The notes: generated from the sequence alone by a model not told the origin. A stretch of DNA of 64,000 bases from an uncultured Bacteroides sp. (GCA_964582335.1 CAZORI010000004.1:23953-87952); one strand, 5' to 3'; shown: positions 10,297 through 20,849, counted from the first letter of the stretch. Translations and numbers: made by a program.

Positions 10297-11604
10297 ATGA
10301 ATTATAAATTATCCTTGTCGTTCTCTTTAGCGGCGCTATGCCTGTCGGCATCGGCACAGAGCACCGACAACTGGACGTACAGCCAATGCGTCGATTATGC
10401 TCGCGAGCACAACATCTCGCTATTGCAGTCGCAGCTGCAACAACAGTCAGCCGAATACACCTTGGAGGCCTCCAAGGCGCAATGGATGCCATCGCTCGCG
10501 TTCTCTACGAGCCACAACTACGCCAACTCGCCCTGGGTGGAGCAAGGCAACAAAAATGTGTACAACGGCACGTACAACCTATCGGCATCGTGGACACTGT
10601 ACAACGGCGGCGAACGCGAAAACACCATAAAGCGCGACCAACTGCAAACACAAATCAGCCAGCTCAACACAGAGGAACTGATGCGAAGCATCGAAACGCA
10701 AATACTAAGCCTTTACATCAACATACTTTACGCGCGCGAGAACATCGGCATATGCCAAGACGCAGCCGCCGTGAGCGAAGCACAAGCACAGCGAGGAAAA
10801 GTGCTCATGGAATCGGGACGCATATCACGCGTGGACTATGCGCAGCTCAAGGCGCAAGCCGAACAAGACGCATACTCCGTGGTGAACGCGCAAGGCTCAT
10901 ACGACAACCAGCGAATGCAGCTGAAAAAGCTACTGCAGCTGGGCCTAACCCAGCAGCTCGACATAGTAGGCGTGGATTTCCCGGAACAGGCCGTGCTGGC
11001 TCCCCTCCCCTCGATGGAGGAAAGCTACCAAATGGCCTTGCTCACCGACGTGCAGCTGCAGAACGATGAGCTGATGAGCCAATCGGCCGAATACGATGAG
11101 AAAATAGCCGAGGCCGCAAAAAAACCGCAGATATCTGTCAACGCCGGTGCCGGCACCGGCGCCGGCGCGCCCGGAAGCCGATTCTGGGACCAGCTGAAAT
11201 GGCAATGGAACGAAAACGCCGGCATTTCGCTATCGATTCCCATCCTCGACCAAAAGCGCACCAAAACGGCTGTAGCTAAGGCAAAGATTCAGAAGATGTC
11301 GGCCGACCTCGACATCGAAAACCGCCGCAACGAGATTGCGCAGCTCATTGAAGAGCTCTACATTAGTCTTGGCAGCAACCAGGCTTGCTACGAGTCGGGC
11401 CTGCAGCAAGTGGAGTCGACTGCCCTGAGTGCCGAGCTCACCAACGCCCAATTCGAAAACGGCAAAGTCAACCCTGTGGAGCTGCTGCAGGCACACAACG
11501 CCGAACTGCAGGCACGCAGCGAATTGCTTCAGGCCAAGTACATGATTCTTCTCGACAAGAAGATGCTTGAATACTACCGCACAGCCAAAATCACGCTCAA
11601 CTAA
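10297..11604 (+). CDS. TolC-family outer membrane efflux protein
   Basis: Signal peptide, two OEP repeats, 'FENGKVNPVELLQA' C-terminal pattern; first gene of a tripartite exporter. Confidence 0.9.
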   Translation: MNYKLSLSFSLAALCLSASAQSTDNWTYSQCVDYAREHNISLLQSQLQQQSAEYTLEASKAQWMPSLAFSTSHNYANSPWVEQGNKNVYNGTYNLSASWTLYNGGERENTIKRDQLQTQISQLNTEELMRSIETQILSLYINILYARENIGICQDAAAVSEAQAQRGKVLMESGRISRVDYAQLKAQAEQDAYSVVNAQGSYDNQRMQLKKLLQLGLTQQLDIVGVDFPEQAVLAPLPSMEESYQMALLTDVQLQNDELMSQSAEYDEKIAEAAKKPQISVNAGAGTGAGAPGSRFWDQLKWQWNENAGISLSIPILDQKRTKTAVAKAKIQKMSADLDIENRRNEIAQLIEELYISLGSNQACYESGLQQVESTALSAELTNAQFENGKVNPVELLQAHNAELQARSELLQAKYMILLDKKMLEYYRTAKITLN

Positions 11605-11633
11605 AATCAACGACAACTTCACATCATATCAAT

Positions 11634-12821
11634 ATGAACAGAATACCACTGACTCGATGCTTGGCATTGGCTCTGCTCGCCCTGGCAATGGCAGCATGCA
11701 ACAAAGAGTCGAAAATCCAACTGCAAACCACAAAAGTAACCACCGGCGACATCAGCCGCAAGGTGACTGCTACCGGCACGGTAGAATCTAAAACGCAAGT
11801 CGACGTCGGCACCCAGGTAACCGGCATCATCGACAAGCTCTACGTCGACTACAATGACCATGTGACTCAAGGACAACTTATCGCCGAAATCGAAAAAACG
11901 CTGCTCGACAGCGAATTGCGCTCGGCCGACGCAAGCCTCGAATCTGCGCGTGTGCAATACGAATACGCAAAAACCAACTATGACCGCGACAAGGCTCTGC
12001 ACGAGAAGCAGCTGATAAGCGATTACGAATACGACACCACCAAAAAGGAGTACGAAGTGGCAAAAAACAGCTACGACAAGGCTCAGGCCGACCGCGTAAA
12101 GGCTGCCAAGAACCTTAATTACGCTGAAATATATTCGCCAATCGACGGCATCGTCATATCTCGCGAAGTGGAAATAGGCCAAACCGTGGTATCGAGCATG
12201 AACGTGGCTAACCTCTACGTCATAGCCGACCTGAAGAACATGCAAGTGATTGGCGACGTTGATGAGGCTGACATAGGCGAAGTGAAAGTGGGACAGAACG
12301 TAACATTCACTGTCGACGCTTACCCGCAGGACGAATTCAAGGGAGTGGTGTCGCAGGTGCGCCTCAATCCCACCACTGAGAGCAATGTGGTCACTTACGA
12401 AGTGGTGGTTGACACCCCCAACCCCGATTTGAAACTCATTCCGGGCCTTACAGCCAACCTCACAATCTACACTGTGGAGCAGCACGACGTCACTGTGGTG
12501 CCTTCGGCTGCCCTGCGCTTCACTCCGCAGGATTTCCCCGGAGCAAAGAATCTGCCCACGTTTGACCAGGCTCTTGCAAACGCGCCCAAGGCTGATGGCG
12601 AAGGCCGCCTTTGGGTGGTCGACGGCAACCAACTAAAGCCAGTGAATGTGAAGCTTGGCGAATCTGGCGCCGTCAACACCCAAATCCTCAGCGGCGTAGA
12701 GTCCGGCACAACTGTTGCCCTCGACTACGACACCACGAGCAGCGCCGACACCTCCTCGAGCGACAACACTGAGCGCTCGCCCTTCGCACCCGGCCCTCCC
12801 GAAAGCAACAAGAAGAAGTAA
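11634..12821 (+). CDS. Efflux periplasmic adaptor (MacA/HlyD-like) lipoprotein
   Basis: Lipobox-like AMAAC, 'VGTQVTGIIDKLYVDYND.V..GQLIA' lipoyl half, 'IYSPIDG', 'LIPGLTA'. Confidence 0.9.
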   Translation: MNRIPLTRCLALALLALAMAACNKESKIQLQTTKVTTGDISRKVTATGTVESKTQVDVGTQVTGIIDKLYVDYNDHVTQGQLIAEIEKTLLDSELRSADASLESARVQYEYAKTNYDRDKALHEKQLISDYEYDTTKKEYEVAKNSYDKAQADRVKAAKNLNYAEIYSPIDGIVISREVEIGQTVVSSMNVANLYVIADLKNMQVIGDVDEADIGEVKVGQNVTFTVDAYPQDEFKGVVSQVRLNPTTESNVVTYEVVVDTPNPDLKLIPGLTANLTIYTVEQHDVTVVPSAALRFTPQDFPGAKNLPTFDQALANAPKADGEGRLWVVDGNQLKPVNVKLGESGAVNTQILSGVESGTTVALDYDTTSSADTSSSDNTERSPFAPGPPESNKKK

Positions 12822-12839
12822 CCGCAAAACGCCTGTGTC

Positions 12840-13586
12840 ATGAAGGAAATTATACGTCTTGAAAAAATCAAGCGGCAATTCATTGTGGGCGATGAAGTGG
12901 TGCATGCCCTGCGTGGCATTTCGTTCACCATCAACGATGGCGAATTCGTAACCATCATGGGCACCTCGGGCTCGGGAAAATCCACCCTGCTCAACATTCT
13001 CGGCTGCCTCGACACGCCCACAAGCGGCGAATACTGGCTCGACGGCCGCGACGTGAGCAAGATGAGCAAAAACGAGCGCGCATGGATGCGCAACCGCAAA
13101 ATCGGGTTCGTATTCCAGAGCTACAACCTGCTGCCCAAGACTACCGCAGTGGAGAACGTGGAGCTTCCTCTGCTGTACAATTCAAAAGTGGGCAGCAAGG
13201 AGCGCCGCCAACGAGCCATCGAAGCACTTATGGCAGTGAGCCTGGGCGACAGGCTCAACCATAAGAGCAACCAGATGTCGGGCGGACAGATGCAGCGCGT
13301 GGCAATTGCACGAGCCCTGGTCAACGACCCGGTGATTATTCTCGCCGACGAGGCCACCGGCAACCTCGACTCGCGCACGTCGTATCAGATTCTGACCCTC
13401 TTCCAGGAGCTGCACGCTCGCGGACGCACTGTGATATTCGTAACGCACAACCCCGAACTGTCGCAATATTCGAGCCGCAACATCGTGCTTCGCGACGGCC
13501 GAATCACCAGCGACACCTACAACGACCACATAATCTCGGCAAAGGAGACCTACGAAAAGATGCCAAAGCCGGAAGACGAAATGTAA
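12840..13586 (+). CDS. ABC transporter ATP-binding protein (MacB/LolD-like)
   Basis: GTSGSGKS Walker A, MSGGQMQR signature, [11 protein letters not shown] Walker B, VTH switch. Confidence 0.95.
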   Translation: MKEIIRLEKIKRQFIVGDEVVHALRGISFTINDGEFVTIMGTSGSGKSTLLNILGCLDTPTSGEYWLDGRDVSKMSKNERAWMRNRKIGFVFQSYNLLPKTTAVENVELPLLYNSKVGSKERRQRAIEALMAVSLGDRLNHKSNQMSGGQMQRVAIARALVNDPVIILADEATGNLDSRTSYQILTLFQELHARGRTVIFVTHNPELSQYSSRNIVLRDGRITSDTYNDHIISAKETYEKMPKPEDEM

Positions 13587-13607
13587 CAACTTCAAATCCC
13601 ATTTACA

Positions 13608-14828
13608 GTGAATTTCTTCAATCTACTGAAAATAGCCTTCAAGGCTCTCGCCAACAATAAGATGCGAGGCTTTCTCACGATGCTTGGCATAATCATCGGC
13701 GTTGCGTCGGTGATTACAATGCTTGCCATTGGCCAAGGCTCGAAGCAAAGCATCAAGGCCCAGATTTCCGAGATGGGATCTAACATGATCATGACCTTTC
13801 CCGGCAACCGCGAGCGCGGAGGCGTGCGCCAAAGCGCCGATGAGATGCAGACACTGAAAGTGGCCGACTACGAGGCTATCCGCGACAACACCAAATACGT
13901 GAACAAGGTGTCGCCGCAGGTGAGCAGCTCAGGACAGTTCATCAACGGCAACAACAACTACCCCTCGCAATTGCAAGGCGTCACTGCCGACTTTCTCGAC
14001 ATACGCAAGCTAAAGGTGGCCAAGGGTGAAATCTTCAGCGACGAGGATGTGCGCACGGCTGCCAAGGTGTGCATCTTGGGCCAAACTGTAGTAGACAACC
14101 TCTTCACCAACGGCGAGGACCCGGTGGGCCGAGTGGTTCGATTCAACAAGATACCTTTCACCGTGATAGGCGTGCTCGAGTCAAAGGGAAGCAACTCCAT
14201 GGGCCAGGACCAGGACGACATCGTGATTGTGCCATATACCACGGTGATGAAGCGCGTGCTTTCTATCGACTACATTCAGGGCCTCTTCGCATCGGCCCTG
14301 AGCGAGGAGCTCAGCGAGGAAGCGCAGGACGAAATCACACAAATACTGCGCGAGCAGCACCGATTGCGCGACACCGACGATGACGACTTCACCATTCGCT
14401 CTCAGCAAGAGCTAAGCGAGATGATGAACAGCACAAGCGACATGATGACCATCCTGTTGGCATGCATCGCCGGAATTTCGCTGCTTGTGGGCGGTATCGG
14501 CATCATGAACATCATGTATGTGTCGGTGACTGAGCGCACACGCGAGATTGGCTTGCGCATGAGCATCGGCGCGCGCGGCATCGACATCTTGTCGCAATTC
14601 CTCATCGAATCGGTGATCATATCGGTGACGGGCGGCATCATTGGCATTGCTCTCGGCATCATTGCCAGCGAGCTTGTCAACCTTATCGCCCATTGGCCTA
14701 TATACATACAGCCCTACTCGGTGATTCTGTCGTTTGCTGTCTGCACCATCACGGGTATCTTCTTCGGCTGGTATCCGGCCAAGAAAGCGGCCAACCTCGA
14801 CCCCATCGAGGCTATAAGATACGAATAA
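13608..14828 (+). CDS. MacB/FtsX-family ABC permease
   Basis: 'FLTMLGIIIGVASV', 'GGIGIMNIMYVSVTERTREIGLRMSIGA' and 'PAKKAANLDPIEAIRYE'. Confidence 0.95.
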   Translation: MNFFNLLKIAFKALANNKMRGFLTMLGIIIGVASVITMLAIGQGSKQSIKAQISEMGSNMIMTFPGNRERGGVRQSADEMQTLKVADYEAIRDNTKYVNKVSPQVSSSGQFINGNNNYPSQLQGVTADFLDIRKLKVAKGEIFSDEDVRTAAKVCILGQTVVDNLFTNGEDPVGRVVRFNKIPFTVIGVLESKGSNSMGQDQDDIVIVPYTTVMKRVLSIDYIQGLFASALSEELSEEAQDEITQILREQHRLRDTDDDDFTIRSQQELSEMMNSTSDMMTILLACIAGISLLVGGIGIMNIMYVSVTERTREIGLRMSIGARGIDILSQFLIESVIISVTGGIIGIALGIIASELVNLIAHWPIYIQPYSVILSFAVCTITGIFFGWYPAKKAANLDPIEAIRYE

Positions 14829-14848
14829 CGTCATCAGCACCAATATCA

Positions 14849-14890
14849 AGCGGCCTCGCCGGACACTTTCCGGCGAGGCCGCTGTGTTTT
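14849..14890 (+). terminator. Terminator of the exporter operon
   Basis: 15-bp perfect stem AGCGGCCTCGCCGGA/TCCGGCGAGGCCGCT followed by GTGTTTTT. Confidence 0.85.
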
Positions 14891-14909
14891 TGACGTTGCG
14901 TCAATACTG

Positions 14910-14946
14910 AAAAAGAGGGCGGCGCCGGTCGGCGCGACCACCCTCT
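14910..14946 (-). terminator. Minus-strand terminator with no annotated gene upstream of it
   Basis: Minus strand reads AGAGGG...GCGCC-GACC-GGCGC...CCCTCT-TTTTT. Confidence 0.6.
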
Positions 14947-15160
14947 CCACGTTTCAACTATTTATTTATGAGAGCTTTTTAATCCAGTATCACTACTCGG
15001 TTAAAAAGACGAGGGAAATTATGACGCTTAGTCTCATTTGTTCTTTTCATCTTCTGTGCTGGTCTGCTTCAATTCTGTTTTAGTGTGTTGTATGTTTTTC
15101 ATAGCACCTCGAGTTGTGTGTTTCGCTTCTCGACGGAGCTTATGCTTTTCCCTTTCTTAA
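14910..15160 (-). ncRNA. Candidate small RNA or small-peptide transcript
   Basis: Minus-strand terminator at the 3' end, a long-range complementary pair (15147-15160 with 15001-15018), an internal hairpin (15100-15144) and a 22-codon ORF (15102-15034). No canonical -7 box was found. Confidence 0.35.
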
Positions 15161-15314
15161 CTTACGATATTATAACAATCCAGCCTTAACGTTTGACACA
15201 TCCAACTATTTTAAAAAATATAAAACCTAGTAAAAATCCACCGACAAGTTAGGTTAATTATTAATTTTATGCTAAATTCTTAGGTTGTTTGTTTCCCAAG
15301 TGTTATAATATTGC

Positions 15315-15322
15315 TAATTTTG
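15315..15322 (+). promoter_or_regulatory. -7 box (TAATTTTG) for lptF-ribBA
   Basis: TAnnTTTG 39 nt before the ATG. Confidence 0.6.
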
Positions 15323-15361
15323 TGGTTTGAAATCGCAATTCCACTTTTTCATTAGTTTCGG

Positions 15362-17158
15362 ATGTTCAAAATCAAGCGTCTATATACCTTCATGCTCCAG
15401 CAGTTTTTGCCTCTGCTGGTGATGACCTTTTTCATCTGCCTATTCATCGTGATGATGCAATTCCTGTGGAAATTCATCGACGACCTGGTGGGTAAAGGCC
15501 TGTCGGTAGGCGTTATCGGCGAGCTTTTCTTCTACGCGGCGCTCTCGATGGTGCCCACAGCTCTACCCCTGGCAGTGCTGCTGGCTTCGCTGATGACATT
15601 CGGCAACTTAGGCGAGAAATTCGAGCTCACGGCGCTGAAGGCCGCCGGCATCTCGCTTTATAAGATTATGCAACCTCTGATTGTGTTCATGGTGCTTCTG
15701 TCGATCGGGGCGTTTTTCTTCCAGAACGACGTGCTCCCGATAGCGCAAACAAAAATGTACACCATGCTTTTCTCCGTGAGGCAGAAATCGCCCGAAGTGG
15801 AGATTCCCGAGCGCACATTCTACGACCAAATTCCCGGCATGAACCTATATGTAGAGAAGAAGAACCCCGACACGGGCATGCTCTACGACTTGATTATATA
15901 CGACATTTCCAAGGGTTTCGACAATTCGAGGGTCATTCTCGCCGACTCGGGCAAGATGAACTTCACAGAGGACAAAAGCCGCCTTTTCCTGCACCTTTAC
16001 GAAGGCGAGATGTTTGAGAACCTGAAGGACAACTCCTTCGGCTCCACATCGAGCAACTACCTCCCTTTCCGCCGCGAAAGCTTCTCCGACAAGCAGATAT
16101 ATTTCATGTTCGACGCCAATTTCAACCGCATGGACGAAAGCGCCATGCGCAATCAGTATGTGGGCAAGAACGTGGCCGAGCTGCGTCACTCAATCGACAG
16201 CATCGACCACATCGTAGACAGCATTGGCGACAACTACGCGCGCGACCTTAAGACGGCCCCCTACGTAAGCCTCTCGTACTACACCGTGGAGAAAACCGAC
16301 TCGGGCTACGCCGAAGTGAAGCGGCATCCCGTGATGGCGCCTCCGCTCAACCTCGACTCGCTCTACGCTTCTCTGCCGCCTACATCCACTAAGCCCTACC
16401 TGGGCCAAGCCCTGTCGAAGGCCCATCGCCAAAAGCAGGATTACGAATTCCGCAGCGCCGTGGCCCTGGAGCAAGCCAAGCTGTCGCGCCGACACGGCAT
16501 TGAGCTGCAGCGCAAATTCACTCTGCCGGTGGCTTGCCTGGTGTTCTTCTTCATCGGCGCCCCGCTGGGAGCCATCATCAAGAAAGGCGGCATTGGCACT
16601 CCTCTGGTGGTGTCGGTGTTCCTATTCATTATATATTACATATTCGACAACATGGGCTACAAAATGGCTCGCGACGGCCGCATGAACCTCATCTGCGGCA
16701 TATGGCTCAGCACTGTTGTGATGATGCCTATGGGAATATTCTTCACATACAAGGCCGTGGGCGACTCGGCCGTATTCAATATGGATGCCTACAAGCTTGC
16801 TTTCAACCGGCTCATCGGCAAGCGCATGAGGCGCTCGCTTAGCCTGAAGGAGGTAATCCTCAACGATGTCGACCCTCAGCAGGCTGCCGGAATGCTAACC
16901 CAATTCTTGTCGGAAGCAGAGAAATACGAGCGGCTTGCCCGCCGTCCCTGGCTGCAGCGTCTGCTTAAGCCGGCAAAATTAGCCCCTCTCACCTTGCAGC
17001 TCACAAATTTGGTCGACTATCTGAGCGATACTCACCGACCGCGTGTTATATCATTGCTAAATAATTACCCATTCAGCATCCGACGACGCGACTTGCCCGG
17101 CGTAATTGACACTACTCGCCGACTCATCAGCATATATTCGCCTGATGCTCAACAATAA
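15362..17158 (+). CDS. LptF/LptG-family LPS export permease (Bacteroidetes long form)
   Basis: '[11 protein letters not shown]', '[23 protein letters not shown]' and '[19 protein letters not shown]' YjgP/YjgQ motifs. Confidence 0.9.
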   Translation: MFKIKRLYTFMLQQFLPLLVMTFFICLFIVMMQFLWKFIDDLVGKGLSVGVIGELFFYAALSMVPTALPLAVLLASLMTFGNLGEKFELTALKAAGISLYKIMQPLIVFMVLLSIGAFFFQNDVLPIAQTKMYTMLFSVRQKSPEVEIPERTFYDQIPGMNLYVEKKNPDTGMLYDLIIYDISKGFDNSRVILADSGKMNFTEDKSRLFLHLYEGEMFENLKDNSFGSTSSNYLPFRRESFSDKQIYFMFDANFNRMDESAMRNQYVGKNVAELRHSIDSIDHIVDSIGDNYARDLKTAPYVSLSYYTVEKTDSGYAEVKRHPVMAPPLNLDSLYASLPPTSTKPYLGQALSKAHRQKQDYEFRSAVALEQAKLSRRHGIELQRKFTLPVACLVFFFIGAPLGAIIKKGGIGTPLVVSVFLFIIYYIFDNMGYKMARDGRMNLICGIWLSTVVMMPMGIFFTYKAVGDSAVFNMDAYKLAFNRLIGKRMRRSLSLKEVILNDVDPQQAAGMLTQFLSEAEKYERLARRPWLQRLLKPAKLAPLTLQLTNLVDYLSDTHRPRVISLLNNYPFSIRRRDLPGVIDTTRRLISIYSPDAQQ

Positions 17159-17172
17159 TACATATTACTACC

Positions 17173-18387
17173 ATGTCAGATATAAAATTGGACAACATCG
17201 AGGAGGCCATCGCTGATTTCGCCGAAGGCAAAATGGTTATGGTGGTCGACGACGAAGACCGCGAAAATGAAGGTGATCTGATTGTAGCCGCCGAGAAAAT
17301 CACGCCTGAGCAAGTGAATTTCATGCTCAAGAACGCTCGCGGCGTGCTCTGCGCCCCTATCACCAAAGCGCGATGCGCCGAATTGCAACTGCCTGTGCAG
17401 GTTGAGCAGAACACATCGATGCTGTCCACGCCGTTCACCGTGACGGTCGACAAACTCGAAGGCTGCACCACAGGCGTGTCGGCCAACGACCGCTGCGCTA
17501 CCATACGCGCACTGGCCGACCCGGCATCCAAGCCGGAGACATTCGGCCGTCCGGGCCATATCAATCCTCTCTACGCCCAGGAGCAAGGCGTGCTCAAGCG
17601 CAGCGGCCACACCGAGGCCGCCGTCGACCTTGCCCGCCTGGCCGGCCTGCAGCCAGCCGCCGCCCTGATGGAGGTGATGAACGAAGACGGCACCATGGCG
17701 CGACTGCCGCAGCTGCGCAAGATGGCCGACGAATGGGGCATCAAGCTTGTATCCATCCGCGACCTCATCGCTTACCGCCTGCGCAACGAACGCCTGGTGG
17801 AGATGGGCGTGGAGGTGGACATGCCCACCGAATACGGCCACTTCAAGCTCATCCCATTTCGCCAGCTGAGCAACGCCCTTGAGCACATAGCCCTGATCAA
17901 GGGCGACGTCAGGGACGGAAAGCCCGTGCTTGTGCGCGTGCACTCGTCGTGCGCCACCGGCGACATCTTCGGCTCGCAGCGCTGCGACTGCGGCGCCCAG
18001 CTGCACAAGGCCATGCAGATGATCGAGAGCGAGGGCCGAGGGGTGGTGCTCTACCTCAACCAGGAGGGCCGAGGCATAGGCCTGATGGACAAAATTAAGG
18101 CGTACAAACTGCAGGAGCAGGGCTTGGACACAGTGGAAGCCAACCTGCACTTGGGGCATAAGGCCGACGAGCGCGACTACGGCGTGGGAGCGCAAATCCT
18201 CAATTTGATAGGAGTGTCGCAGATGCGCCTGCTCACCAACAATCCCGTGAAGCGCATCGGCCTCGAGGGATACGGCCTGCACATTGTGGAAAACGTGCCT
18301 ATCGAGGTGCCACTCACCCCCTACAACCATTTCTACATGCACACAAAGAAGGAGCGCATGGGGCATGACCTGCACCAGGTCGACTGA
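17173..18387 (+). CDS. ribBA: Bifunctional 3,4-dihydroxy-2-butanone-4-phosphate synthase / GTP cyclohydrolase II
   Basis: [10 protein letters not shown] and [15 protein letters not shown] (RibB); [20 protein letters not shown] and QEGRGIGL (RibA). Confidence 0.97.
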   Translation: MSDIKLDNIEEAIADFAEGKMVMVVDDEDRENEGDLIVAAEKITPEQVNFMLKNARGVLCAPITKARCAELQLPVQVEQNTSMLSTPFTVTVDKLEGCTTGVSANDRCATIRALADPASKPETFGRPGHINPLYAQEQGVLKRSGHTEAAVDLARLAGLQPAAALMEVMNEDGTMARLPQLRKMADEWGIKLVSIRDLIAYRLRNERLVEMGVEVDMPTEYGHFKLIPFRQLSNALEHIALIKGDVRDGKPVLVRVHSSCATGDIFGSQRCDCGAQLHKAMQMIESEGRGVVLYLNQEGRGIGLMDKIKAYKLQEQGLDTVEANLHLGHKADERDYGVGAQILNLIGVSQMRLLTNNPVKRIGLEGYGLHIVENVPIEVPLTPYNHFYMHTKKERMGHDLHQVD

Positions 18388-18484
18388 CATGCGGCTTGAT
18401 TGACATCTGATCCACTATTTCACTATCTCAGCTATATTTTCACTTTAATAGCTCACTTAATTTTGTCATTCTGATATTTTTGAG

Positions 18485-18492
18485 TAACTTTG
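18485..18492 (+). promoter_or_regulatory. -7 box (TAACTTTG) for fba
   Basis: Consensus match. The ATG at 18541 is the likely start. Confidence 0.7.
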
Positions 18493-18540
18493 CGATGTAA
18501 TCTTAAGCAAACATATACTTAATTGTTAAATCGATATACA

Positions 18541-19536
18541 ATGGTAAATTACAAAGACCTCGGCCTGGTGAACACTCGCGACATGTTTGCCAAAGCCATC
18601 AAGGGCGGCTATGCCATCCCCGCTTTCAACTTTAACAATATGGAGCAGCTTCAGGCTATCATCAAGGCTGCTGCCGAAGAGAAGTCGCCAGTGATCCTCC
18701 AAGTGTCGAAAGGCGCTCGCAACTACGCCAACGCCACTCTGCTTCGCTACATGGCTCAGGGCGCTGTTGAATACGCTAAGGAGCTGGGCTGGGAAAATCC
18801 CCAGATCGTGCTCCACCTCGACCACGGCGACAGCTTCGAGCTCTGCAAGAGCTGCATCGACATGGGCTTCTCGTCGGTGATGATCGACGGCTCACACCTC
18901 CCCTACGAGGAGAACGTTGCCCTCACAAAGCAAGTTGTTGACTACGCTCACCAGTTCGACGTAACCGTAGAAGGCGAGCTCGGCGTGCTGGCTGGCGTTG
19001 AGGACGAGGTTTCCGCTGACCACCACACATACACCGACCCCGAAGAGGTGGTTGACTTCGCCACCCGCACCGGATGCGACAGCCTCGCCATCAGCATCGG
19101 CACATCGCACGGCGCCTACAAATTCACTCCTGAGCAGTGCACACGCGACGCCAACGGCAAGCTCGTGCCCCCGCCATTGGCATTCAACGTGCTCGACGCC
19201 GTTATGGAGAAGCTCCCCGGCTTCCCAATCGTGCTCCACGGATCGTCGTCAGTGCCCCAGGAGTATGTCGACATCATCAACGCTCACGGCGGCAAACTGC
19301 CCGATGCAATCGGCATCCCCGAGGAGCAGCTCCGCAAGGCTGCCAAGAGCGCCGTATGCAAAATCAACATCGACAGCGACAGCCGTCTGGCCATGACAGC
19401 AGCTGTGCGTCTGGTGTTCGACGAAAAGCCCAGCGAATTTGACCCGCGCAAATACCTCGGCCCGGCTCGCAACGAAATGGAGAAGCTCTACAAGCACAAA
19501 ATCGAGAACGTGCTTGGCAGCAACGGCAAAGCATAA
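18541..19536 (+). CDS. fba: Class II fructose-1,6-bisphosphate aldolase
   Basis: LHLDHG, SSVMIDGSH, VEGELG, IGTSHGAYK, VLHGSS and KINIDSD motifs. Confidence 0.97.
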   Translation: MVNYKDLGLVNTRDMFAKAIKGGYAIPAFNFNNMEQLQAIIKAAAEEKSPVILQVSKGARNYANATLLRYMAQGAVEYAKELGWENPQIVLHLDHGDSFELCKSCIDMGFSSVMIDGSHLPYEENVALTKQVVDYAHQFDVTVEGELGVLAGVEDEVSADHHTYTDPEEVVDFATRTGCDSLAISIGTSHGAYKFTPEQCTRDANGKLVPPPLAFNVLDAVMEKLPGFPIVLHGSSSVPQEYVDIINAHGGKLPDAIGIPEEQLRKAAKSAVCKINIDSDSRLAMTAAVRLVFDEKPSEFDPRKYLGPARNEMEKLYKHKIENVLGSNGKA

Positions 19537-19567
19537 CGACAATTCTGGAATAGCCAATAATCGACAT

Positions 19568-19606
19568 GGCAGGCACGCCCTCGCGGCGCGCCTGCCTATT
19601 TTTTTT
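19568..19606 (+). terminator. Terminator after fba
   Basis: GGCAGGC-A-CGCC...GGCG-C-GCCTGCC stem followed by a T8 run. Confidence 0.85.
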
Positions 19607-19666
19607 GTAGTTATCAACAAATGTCATTTTTTTTGACTAAAAATTGGTATTTGAACGCTTTTTTCT

Positions 19667-19674
19667 TATCTTTG
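19667..19674 (+). promoter_or_regulatory. -7 box (TATCTTTG) for the nuo-atp-nuo unit
   Basis: Consensus match after the fba terminator, ~140 nt before nuoA. Confidence 0.75.
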
Positions 19675-19710
19675 CAATGATTTTTTGTAAAAAAACATAG
19701 TGCGATTATT

Positions 19711-19778
19711 GTATGAGGTCACATAATCGGGTGTCTGTCAGCGAGATAACCGACATTATGTGCATTTCTAATTCGTAC
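19711..19778 (+). promoter_or_regulatory. Structured 5' leader (hairpin) of the nuo-atp unit
   Basis: CACATAAT/ATTATGTG 8-bp stem, extended inward by CGG/CCG and TGTCT/AGATA, with an outer GTATGA/TCGTAC pair. Confidence 0.45.
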
Positions 19779-19813
19779 ATTCCTATGCCATAAGAAAACT
19801 ATTTGACTGAAAT

Positions 19814-20194
19814 ATGACATCTTTAGCAATTTTTGGAGTAGAAAACAGCGGGGTGCTTGCCCTGGTGGCTCTTATCACCGGCATTGCTCTCGTGGCTCTG
19901 GCATTGTGGATCGCGGGCCTGATTTCGCCCTCGTCATTCAACCCACAGAAGGGACAGCCCTACGAATGCGGCATCCCCACGCGCGGCGAAAGCATGGCGC
20001 AGTTCAACGTAGGCTACTACTTGTTTGCAATCCTGTTCTTAATGTTCGACGTCGAGTGCGTTTTCCTGTTTCCTTGGGCCGTAATCATGCGCGACCTGGG
20101 AGCCACCGGCATCATCAGCATCGCCGTTTTCTTCTGCATTTTAGTGCTGGGCCTCGTATACGCCTGGCGGAAAGGAGCGCTTGAATGGAAGTAA
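19814..20194 (+). CDS. nuoA: NADH-quinone oxidoreductase subunit A
   Basis: 'PYECG' loop, 'YYLFAILFLMFDVE' and 'YAWRKGALEW'. Confidence 0.97.
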   Translation: MTSLAIFGVENSGVLALVALITGIALVALALWIAGLISPSSFNPQKGQPYECGIPTRGESMAQFNVGYYLFAILFLMFDVECVFLFPWAVIMRDLGATGIISIAVFFCILVLGLVYAWRKGALEWK

Positions 20195-20793
20195 CAACGA
20201 AAAGCATGCCTTACGACGCATGGAAAGATAACGAATACATAGAAAAACTCGTAAAGGAACTTCAGGAGTCGGGCACAAACGTCGTAGTCGGCACCTTTGA
20301 CAAGCTCATCAACTGGGGCCGAAGCAACTCTCTGTGGCCTCTGACGTTTGCCACAAGCTGCTGCGGCATCGAGTTCGTTTCGCTCGGCGCAGCCCGCTTC
20401 GACATGGCGCGCTTCGGATGGGAAGTGGCGCGCTCAAGCCCACGCCAGGCCGACTTCATGATGGTGGCCGGCACGATTGTCAATCGCATGGTGCCAGTGT
20501 TCCGCCGCCTCTACGACCAGCTGGCCGAGCCTAAATACGTGATTGCCTGCGGCAGCTGCGCCATCTCGGGCGGCCCATTCCGCAAGAGCTACCATGTGGC
20601 CAAGGGCATCGAGGACATCGTGCCCGTGGATGTGTACGTGCCTGGCTGCCCGCCGCGCCCCGAAGCCATGATTTACGGAATCATGCAGCTCAGCCGCAAA
20701 ATCAAAGTTGAGCAATTCTTCGGACACGTCAACCGCAAGCAAAAGCAAGAGGAATTCCTGCGCGAGCACCCCGTGCCAGGCGCAGAGGATTGA
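20185..20793 (+). CDS. nuoB: NADH-quinone oxidoreductase subunit B
   Basis: TSCCGIE, SPRQAD, GSCAISGG and PGCPPRPE (N2 cluster ligands). Confidence 0.97.
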   Translation: MEVTTKSMPYDAWKDNEYIEKLVKELQESGTNVVVGTFDKLINWGRSNSLWPLTFATSCCGIEFVSLGAARFDMARFGWEVARSSPRQADFMMVAGTIVNRMVPVFRRLYDQLAEPKYVIACGSCAISGGPFRKSYHVAKGIEDIVPVDVYVPGCPPRPEAMIYGIMQLSRKIKVEQFFGHVNRKQKQEEFLREHPVPGAED

Positions 20794-20849
20794 CCTCAGC
20801 TACCGACTCAGTATCACTAATTTTGTAGAATCCTCCAAACACCATCATA

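Noticed and set aside
14890-14904. TTGACG-TTG-CGTCAA mini-palindrome
   Set aside because: It lies between two back-to-back terminators with no promoter context, and is too short to call as an operator.
17159-17172. FMN riboswitch before ribBA
   Set aside because: The spacer is only 14 nt after lptF, leaving no room, and no RFN motif is present.
17176-18390. 404-aa antisense ORF exactly mirroring ribBA (likewise 48320-49420, 24354-25373, 32877-33845, 21129-21995, 11619-12632 and other shadow ORFs)
   Set aside because: These are in-register antisense frames of strongly C-ending codon genes, which rarely contain stops. They show no motifs or promoters, and the sense genes are unambiguous.
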